Position numbers and translations under genes: made by a program
Part shown: piece by piece, positions 15,914-23,800 of the stretch
How the letters are laid out: each line of letters opens with the position of its first letter
How positions within the stretch are numbered: position 1 is the stretch's first letter
Assembly: GCF_000007185.1 (NCBI RefSeq)
Contig: NC_003551.1
Location: forward strand, 1,110,001-1,142,000
Origin: Methanopyrus kandleri AV19
GTDB lineage: Archaea > JAADCQ01 > Methanopyri > Methanopyrales > Methanopyraceae
Direction of reading: 5' to 3'
Length of the DNA: 32,000 nt
The notes under the pieces: model-generated
Databases searched by the model: none
What the model saw: only the letters and a program-made list of their open reading frames with translations
Told to the model about the DNA's origin: nothing

Positions 15914-18900
15914 ATGTCCCGGTTGAGAGTAGCTTCAGTGATCATCTGGTTGCTGTGGATCTCCCCACCGGCCTCCGGGTACGTGTGCTGGAGTGTTCCC
16001 GTCGGGGAGTCCGTGACCTCGGTCGAATCATGTGGGGACGCGGCCGTACTGGTGACGAGTTCTAATCGCGTCCTGGTGGCCGAGCTCGACGCGTCGAGCG
16101 TCCGACTCTCGGAGGTCCTCAATTTCCACCTACCCAGTGGAACGAAAGTAGTGTCCGTGATGAGGAGCGGATTAGGACTCGTCTTCGACGCGGGCCGAAT
16201 CCTCGATGACGGCATCGAGGTCTATCGTGGGGTTCTTACACACGGGGATAGAGGATGGAGGGGCGAACTGGTTCGGACCGTAGCCAAGTTCGAGGAGATT
16301 TCCCAACGGGTCAAGTCCGGAGAGTGGCGAGTCCTCGAGGTCTCTAACCTGGCTTCCGACCGTACTGGCGGGCTGTACGCCGCCGCGCTGTTAGAATCCG
16401 TGGACGGGGATTTAATCGTAGAGGTTTGGAATTTACCGGAGAGGAGCGTGATCGCGGACTTCTCGGCGACTGAGGTGAGAAGACTGGCGATAGGGGACGA
16501 AGGCACGCTCTTAGTGGCGTGTGGAGATGGAGTCGCCGTCGTCGACGGTAGGAATGTACGGTTCGTTACCGTCCCCGGTGTCGTCATCGACATGGTGGGA
16601 AGGTGGGTTCTGTACGAGGATTGGCTAGGTTACGCGCTGGGGGAGGTTACGACTTCGGGGTTACGTGAGCTGGTGAGATTACCCGGGCCAGCGCATCGCG
16701 TGACCGTATGGTCGACGGGTGGGGATGCCTACATCCTAGCTTACGGTGGGAACATCGTCTACGTTGTGGACCCCGAGGATCGGACCGTAGTAACGGTGTT
16801 AGACTTACCCGGACGCGTGGAGTTCCTCGCCCCGCCTTTCGTCGTTTACTCCGGTAAAATCGGCGTCTTGTACCTCGCCAAGATTATGGTACAACTGGAA
16901 GAGGGCTTGTGTCCGGCGGTGAAAACGTGGTTCGTGTGGCTGGACTGGTGTGCCGTATACATCGTCGACAGGAAGGTACCTGCGATATACAAAGTAGTTG
17001 AAGTTCGAGACAAATTAGGCCCTAATTGGATTAAAACTAGGAGTGGAGGAGTGACCTTTTGGTACAAACGAGTCTTTTTAAAAAGAGTTTGGCCACGGCA
17101 CCCTACAGAACTTCATCTTGATGATATTGGTATCGTCGTAATAGGAGAACGTAATTCTAAGATACGAGTATACTGCTTAGATGAACGTACTGAGGAAGTA
17201 TTGAAGAATTTGCTTCGTTCGCCGGACGTATGCGATATACTCAATGTGTATCCTGGCTCTGCAGTCTTCATAGTAGATTTCAAATGGAGGGATCAAAGGA
17301 TACCGGCCTTCCGGTTTGTCAGGAAGTCCGGGTGGCTGGTCACGGGGTTCATCGATGAGGACGACGTCTGCCCGAACTCGGATTACGACGACGTCGTCTT
17401 GAGCGTCCCAATCTCACCCCTAACGGCCGCTCACTCGGGGATGCCGGTAATACCCTTACTCTACGGTAAGGACTGGGTATTACTATCGGCACTCCTTCCC
17501 AACTTCGACTGGTGCTGGGATAAAACGAGCGAGTTGAAAGTGTTCGTTAACGGTAAGGAGTCCGAGTTCTACGTGGTGGACTGGTCCAATAAGACCATTC
17601 GTGGTCCGTTCACGAAGTTAAAATTAAAAATTGGTAAAGATAAGCAGTTATTCATACTATTACGCGGCTTGTCCGAACCCGAATCTATCAGGATCGTTCT
17701 CAAGAGGCCTTTGGGACCCGTGTATGAGGGTTATACGGAATACGCCCCGCCTAAGGTCTCGATCTCCCGACCGTCCGCCCGTTTAGTCGAGTATAACGCG
17801 AAGGAAGACAAGGTCACGGTCGCAGTGAGCGCGGAAGTGAGCGTCCGAAACACCGTCATCAGGAGACTGACAATCGAAGTGTTCGACCTCTTCGGTAGGA
17901 CACTAACACGTAAAGTGATGGGGCCTCTACCGCCCGGAAAACACCATATCGAAAAACGACTGAGTTTCATGCCCCCCGAGCACGGCCCGCTCAAGATCAT
18001 CCTCCTCGCCGAGTACGACGGTGACCTGGTTATCGTGAGTGATCGTGAGTTCGTACTCCGGGCGGAGCCCGAGCGGGCGGAGCTAACCGTCTCTTACGAA
18101 CGACCCGGTAGACTCACCGCACGCGTACTGGACTACGGTCGGGATTGGGTCGAACTCCGCGTAGAATCCGAGGAACCCGGGAACCTCCACCTCGAGGACT
18201 CGAAGGGACGACCCGTACCCTACTACGTCCTCGAGGGTAACGAGCTCTCGGGACCGTACGACGGGGAACACCCGCTCGAGTTGGGCACGACACCCGTGAT
18301 CCTCATCCTACGGGACTTGAAACCCGGGGAGGCCTACCGGTTCAAGCTGATACGCGAGGGTAGGATCCCGACCGCGTTCGAGCTCGAGTGCGCCCTCCCC
18401 GAAGCCAACCTCGACGTCGAACTCCTGAGCGGTACCCTCGAGGGACGCTCTCTGACGTTGAAATTCTCAGTCCGGGGCTCCACCGTGAACTCGACGTTCA
18501 AGAGGTTGAACCTAGTCCTGCGAGAGGATGACCGAATCCTCTGGCGTGAGGAGGTCGACCTGGACAATACCACGTGGTTCGACCTACCCTTCGAGACCAC
18601 GGTCGAGGTGGGCGGTGACGAGGGCACCCTCACCCTCGAGGTCACCGCCCATTACGACCACGACACCGTCCTCCCGGAGGGTAACGAGTTCGAGGTTCGA
18701 GAGGCACCCGCGAGGCGGGTCCTGAGGATCGCGTACGGTCGCCCGCACGTCGAACTCGAGGACTACGGACTCAACTGGCTCCTACTCCGAATCCTCCCCT
18801 GGAGACCGGGCGACCTACTCGTACGGGTGAATGGGAAACCAGTAACGTACTATGTGAAACATGGAAACGAGTTCGAGAAACACTCCGAGGACGACCCGTA

Positions 18901-20821
18901 CCACGCGAGCGGGGCGAACGCGGTCGAAGTCCTACTGTACGACCTCGAGAAGCACGGTACGATCACGGTGATCAACCGGTCGAGCACTCTCTCCAGTGCT
19001 AGCACGCTCGATTACGCGCTACCCGAGGGTGTCGAGCTCGCCGCGGAGGTCGTCGGCGGGAGGTACCTCGTCGACGAGGGTAGGCTCACCCTGAACGTTC
19101 GAACCCTCGTGAGCCCGATCGACGTCACGGTGCGTCGGATCATCGCCCGCGTCCTGGACGACTTGGGTGAAATCCTCGGGGAGACGGTGAAGACCGTCGA
19201 GTTGGGACCCGGGATCCACGAGCTCACCCTGCCAATCGAAGTCCGCGTGCACCGAGAGTGCGGTCGCCTCCGGTTACAAGCCCTCGCCGAGTTCGATCAC
19301 GGTACGATCGTGAGAGATCCCGGGGAAGGACCCGTCCCCAACCCGGCCTCGCGCACGATCGAGTTCTCGTACTCGGCCCCGAGCGTCCGCGTGGTGGACC
19401 GGGGGATCGACTGGGTATTACTCGAAGTGACGACTCGGGAGGGTGGTGAACTCGTCGTTCACGTGAACGGTCGGAAGGCCTGGTACTATCTCAAGCGGTC
19501 GAGGGGTGGTGATTGGGAGGGCCCGTACGATCCGACGAGCGTGGGCCCGAACCGTACCGTGCTCGTCCTCGTCCCGGGTGTCCCACCAGAAGGTAGGATC
19601 TCAGTGGTCCTGGGCGGGCGGCTCGAGAGGGTTCGCTCCGTGGAGTACGCGCTTCCCAGTGTAATCGCGCGGGTTGATGTAGAGGACGTCTCGGTGAGCG
19701 GGGAGAAGGTGATCGCGATGATCTCCCTGTGGTTGGAGGTTCTGGGGACTACGGTGAGAAGCATTGGGGTAAGCGTGGACGGCGTGAAGTCGTGGTCGGT
19801 GAGCGCGCTCGAGGACGGTGAACCCCTGCGATTGGACGACCTGGAGCTCGGTGAGGGAGTACATCTGGTCAGGTTATCCATCAAGTTCGTGCCGAAGGAG
19901 CGGGCTGGTACGGTCCCCGTAACCCTGAGGGTCCAGTACGAGGGTGACTCCACGTTCGACCCGGGACGCCGCGAGTTCGTGGAGAGTCCTCTCGTCCTGA
20001 CCTTGAACGTACCCTACGTCCTACCTCAACGGCAGACCTCGAAGGAGTCCGGACCGAGGGGTGGGAGTCCTAAGGTCCCCGAGCGCGGTGGGACCGCAGT
20101 GGACCGAGGGAGCACGACCGCCGGGGAGTCCGGCACCGGGCGGAGCGCCGTCACCGAACCTACGCACGCCTCGACTCGAGTCGAGAGGAGACCGTCCAAC
20201 GAGGAGAGACCGCACGTCGTACGACCCACCCCACCGACCCGATTCCCAATTAGACCCGTCCGGACCGAGACGGGGCACGAGGTCAAGCCGAAGCCCCTCG
20301 AGAAGCTTCCCGAGGCTCTTCCACACCCTTCGAGCTCCCTCCCCGACACCCTCGAAGCGCGGTTGACCCCCGTGCTGGTGAGCCTGTTCGACAGGTTATG
20401 GGACCTGCTCACGAGTCTCCTCTCCCAACCCACGATCACGGGCCACGCCGAGGGTGAACCCACCGCGAAGGTAACCCGGCGTCCCATCGAACACGCGCCG
20501 AGCGAGCCCTCGAGACCCCGAACTCCGACGGGGAGCGCGGCCCTCCAGGGTCCACCCCACGGTACGACCGTACCCCAAGGATACCACCGCGTGGGAGCCC
20601 TCTCGGCGCACGCGCCTCACACCTTCCGGGAAGTGGAAATCCTTAAAACACGAACCCGGGGTTACGCTTACGCAGAGGGAACATCCAGAGTCTCGCGGTC
20701 GCTCACCCGCCTACCACCCACGGGCGTCAACCTGCTAGCCCTCCTCCTGAGCGTATTCGGCGCGCTAACCGGCCTGTACTTGACCCATAGGTCGGTTCGG
20801 GGTGGGGAGGGCGGTGAGTAG
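15914..20821 (+). CDS. Giant secreted surface protein 1 (1635 aa) with a C-terminal LPPTG-plus-TM anchor
   Basis: One uninterrupted 4.9-kb ORF starts at ATG 15914. The signal peptide is 'MSRLRVASVIIWLLWISPPASG'. The N-terminal third has beta-propeller-like strand repeats ('LIVEVWNLPE', 'LLVACGDGVAVVDG', 'YILAYGGNIVYVVDPEDRTVV'). Four tandem modules of about 210 aa follow, then a Pro/Thr/Arg/Ser-rich linker. The C-terminus is 'LPPTGVNLLALLLSVFGALTGLYLTHRSVRGG'. Confidence 0.9.
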   Translation: MSRLRVASVIIWLLWISPPASGYVCWSVPVGESVTSVESCGDAAVLVTSSNRVLVAELDASSVRLSEVLNFHLPSGTKVVSVMRSGLGLVFDAGRILDDGIEVYRGVLTHGDRGWRGELVRTVAKFEEISQRVKSGEWRVLEVSNLASDRTGGLYAAALLESVDGDLIVEVWNLPERSVIADFSATEVRRLAIGDEGTLLVACGDGVAVVDGRNVRFVTVPGVVIDMVGRWVLYEDWLGYALGEVTTSGLRELVRLPGPAHRVTVWSTGGDAYILAYGGNIVYVVDPEDRTVVTVLDLPGRVEFLAPPFVVYSGKIGVLYLAKIMVQLEEGLCPAVKTWFVWLDWCAVYIVDRKVPAIYKVVEVRDKLGPNWIKTRSGGVTFWYKRVFLKRVWPRHPTELHLDDIGIVVIGERNSKIRVYCLDERTEEVLKNLLRSPDVCDILNVYPGSAVFIVDFKWRDQRIPAFRFVRKSGWLVTGFIDEDDVCPNSDYDDVVLSVPISPLTAAHSGMPVIPLLYGKDWVLLSALLPNFDWCWDKTSELKVFVNGKESEFYVVDWSNKTIRGPFTKLKLKIGKDKQLFILLRGLSEPESIRIVLKRPLGPVYEGYTEYAPPKVSISRPSARLVEYNAKEDKVTVAVSAEVSVRNTVIRRLTIEVFDLFGRTLTRKVMGPLPPGKHHIEKRLSFMPPEHGPLKIILLAEYDGDLVIVSDREFVLRAEPERAELTVSYERPGRLTARVLDYGRDWVELRVESEEPGNLHLEDSKGRPVPYYVLEGNELSGPYDGEHPLELGTTPVILILRDLKPGEAYRFKLIREGRIPTAFELECALPEANLDVELLSGTLEGRSLTLKFSVRGSTVNSTFKRLNLVLREDDRILWREEVDLDNTTWFDLPFETTVEVGGDEGTLTLEVTAHYDHDTVLPEGNEFEVREAPARRVLRIAYGRPHVELEDYGLNWLLLRILPWRPGDLLVRVNGKPVTYYVKHGNEFEKHSEDDPYHASGANAVEVLLYDLEKHGTITVINRSSTLSSASTLDYALPEGVELAAEVVGGRYLVDEGRLTLNVRTLVSPIDVTVRRIIARVLDDLGEILGETVKTVELGPGIHELTLPIEVRVHRECGRLRLQALAEFDHGTIVRDPGEGPVPNPASRTIEFSYSAPSVRVVDRGIDWVLLEVTTREGGELVVHVNGRKAWYYLKRSRGGDWEGPYDPTSVGPNRTVLVLVPGVPPEGRISVVLGGRLERVRSVEYALPSVIARVDVEDVSVSGEKVIAMISLWLEVLGTTVRSIGVSVDGVKSWSVSALEDGEPLRLDDLELGEGVHLVRLSIKFVPKERAGTVPVTLRVQYEGDSTFDPGRREFVESPLVLTLNVPYVLPQRQTSKESGPRGGSPKVPERGGTAVDRGSTTAGESGTGRSAVTEPTHASTRVERRPSNEERPHVVRPTPPTRFPIRPVRTETGHEVKPKPLEKLPEALPHPSSSLPDTLEARLTPVLVSLFDRLWDLLTSLLSQPTITGHAEGEPTAKVTRRPIEHAPSEPSRPRTPTGSAALQGPPHGTTVPQGYHRVGALSAHAPHTFREVEILKTRTRGYAYAEGTSRVSRSLTRLPPTGVNLLALLLSVFGALTGLYLTHRSVRGGEGGE
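17465..20020 (+). repeat. Four tandem two-domain modules of about 210 aa inside giant protein 1
   Basis: The recurring pattern is '(D)YG.DW.LL.V...G.L...NG....YY.....L.GPYD' followed by 'EYALP...' and a second beta-like domain ending in '..YDHGT....'. Module landmarks are at 17465 (degenerate), 18131 (DYGRDW), 18761 (DYGLNW) and 19397 (DRGIDW). One further copy occurs in giant protein 2 at about 21340-21960 (DYGRDW at 21360). Confidence 0.7.
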
Positions 20822-23800
20822 GCTCCTCCCCGTGGTCCTGTTCCTAGCCTTGGTATCGGTCGTGCCCGTGGGCGTTCAAGCCCAGTCGTTCAAAGTCTGG
20901 GTCGAGGTGGAACCCTCGGTCCACACGTTCCTCGGGGCCAGCGTGTACCTCGTGGATAACGAGCACAAGGCGTTATACTCCCTGGGCGAATACAGTACCG
21001 TGATGGAAAAGTCCAAACAGCAGACTCAACCGCGACCACTCTACCCGAAGGATCGGAGCGAACCCCTCGGAGAACTCGACCTCGACGCCCTCGGCGTCGC
21101 CGTCTCGTGCTGGTTCGGGGGCGTCGGTTGCTCGGACGATCGGACCATGCGAACCCTCCTCCAGGTACTCGAGATGGACGACGAGGTCCGCGCGCGAGTC
21201 CTCGGGAACGTCTGCCCCACTCTAACCATGTTCGGGAACGTGCCCGTGCACGTGACCGAGTGTCGCGTCGAGAGGACCGAGAACACACTCACCTTCAAAT
21301 TCACCCACTACGGGATCACCGTCAGGATCGTCAAGAGCGAGCTCAAGGTGCAAGTCACCGACTACGGGAGGGACTGGTTACTACTCCACGTCGAACCACC
21401 CTCGAGCGGGAAGCTCTCGATCGAGGAGAACGGTGAGACACTGGCCTTCCACACGCTGACCTCCGACGGGACCCTCTCCGGACCGTACACCGTGCTCGAG
21501 GTGGAGGAAGGCCGCCCCCTCGATCTAGTCGTTAAGGACCTCGAGCCCGGTGAGAAGAGCGCCCTCGATGTAGTCCTTGAGGACGACCTGGGCATCACGG
21601 TCAGGAAACGCGTCGAGTACGCGCTACCACTGGTGAACATCGAGAGCCTCACCGTGGAACCGGGTAACCCGCTCAGAGTGAAGCTCAGGCTGAGCGTGAA
21701 GAACACGATGGTTAAGAGGATCACCGTACGAGTCGTGGACTGCACTACCGGCGGGGTGCTCACCGAGCGGGCGTTCGACGTCGGATTGTCCGAGGGCGAG
21801 CACGAGCTCGAGTACTCGATAGAAACCCCGAACACCACGGACCCGCTCGCCGTGTTCGCCGCGATCGAGTACGATCACGGTACCACGCTGGAGGGCGAGA
21901 AGTTCGAGCCCGTAGAAACCCCCGCGCAGGACTTCACCACGATCGTACCCTCGACAGGCACGCCCGAGGTCATGCTCGACGTCGAGACCCCGGAACGAGC
22001 CCATCTGGGACTACCCGTCGAGATGACGGTACACGTTCGGCTAGGCCGGATCCCACTCTCCACGGGAGAAATCCGAGTAACCACCGAGGACGGGAAAACC
22101 CTCGCCCGAACCACCGTCTCGAACGGCGAGGCGAGAATGCTCATCCTCCCCACTCACACTGGCGACGTGGAACTCCACATCGAGTACTACCTAGGCTCGA
22201 GGAAACTGGCCGAGAGGGAACTCACCCTCCACGTCTCGAACGAGTTCCACGGGTTCACCGCCGACATCGTGAGCCCGGGCAACCTGGGCTCCCTGGGCTA
22301 CGACCTCCGCGGGTCGTACATCCCCGAGAGGAAATACCCCGCGAAGGACGAGCCCATGTTGTACATCTACAGGACCTGGTGGGATGAATACTACCCGTTC
22401 CTCGTCCAACCCGCGGACCGCCCGAACGCCCTCCTCGCGAACGGCCTGAAGATCACCCTACCCGAACCCGCCGACACCGTGTACATGCTAACCCTACCAG
22501 TACGCGTCCACTACCCGATCAGGGTCACGATCGAGGACTCGAGCGGGGAGCGCGTGACCAGGAAACTCTGGTGGCTGAACTGGGACTGGCAATGGTGGTG
22601 GGACCACGGTTGGAGCGTGTACCACCTCAGGCTCACGGCCCGAGACCTCGGTCTAAAGGACATCACCGAACTCGAGTTCGACGTGCCGAACGGACTCCTC
22701 TGGATCCTCGCGCTGACCTACCGCTCGGGCGACGCGTACAAGGCCCTGATCGAACCCGGAAAGGGCGTGACCCTCTACCGCGAGCCCGGACCGGTCGAGA
22801 TCGAGCTCGAGGGCTGGCCCGCGGGCTCGGACCACGAGGTAGTCTGGAGGAAGGTCGGGGACGAGTGGATCCCCTTCTACCTGTGCCCGAAGGATCACCC
22901 AAACGCACTCCCCGCAGACCACCTACTCCTCCACATACCCCACGACGCCGACCGAGCCTACATCCTACTCTACGCGCGCGAGGACACGACCGCCGAGTAC
23001 GGTATCCTAACACTCAAGACCACCGTCCCGCTCGAACTCCCCTGGAAGTCGAACGTACCACGCTCCGACGACTTCGACCACCTGGCAGTCCTCGAGATCC
23101 CCTGCAAACCGAGCTCGCTAGCACGATCACGCGGTAGGGTGCTCCTCGTCAACGCCCCGAACGCGTACGTCATCGCCATCACCTACCACCTGGGGGACAA
23201 GTACGAGGCACACGCTCCAGACGGCGAGAAAATCACCCTCACGAGCAAGGACCTCCCACACTACCACAACGCGAACATCCTCCGAGAGACCATCGACTCC
23301 GAGGAGCACGGGTTACCACCCGAACTCTGGCACGAGGGCGTAGCCTACCACTGGCTCCCCGTACCCGGGACAGTACTCCACGTGCAAATCCCCTTCTACC
23401 TCGCGCCGAAGGACGCCGAGAACGCGATCAAGGTCGAGAACGACCTGAAGATCCAACTCCCCGAGGGGACCAAGGCCGTCTACCTCCTCTACATCGCGAC
23501 CGACCAACGCGACCCCAAGGACCGCCCCGCGAGCAAGTACCACCTCGAGATCACCCTCGACGACGGGCGGACCGTCCAAGCCATCGTACTACTACCCGAT
23601 TATCTAGCGCTCACTCGGGACCCGAGTACGGCCCTACTAGCCATGGACTACGCGCGCACGAACCCCACGGGCTTAATCCTCATCACCCAACGACCCGCCT
23701 GGCACCTCCCGGTACTACTCAAGGACGACCAACCCGAGGAGGCGCACGCGTACGCCTGGGTCCTAACGATCGCGACGGGCGAGGAGCACACGATCCGCGA

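Noticed and set aside
20711-20821. PGF-CTERM or other archaeosortase signal at the giant protein 1 C-terminus
   Set aside because: No PGF, PEF or VPXXXP motif precedes the terminal helix. The motif present is LPPTG, which is reported separately as a sortase-like signal.
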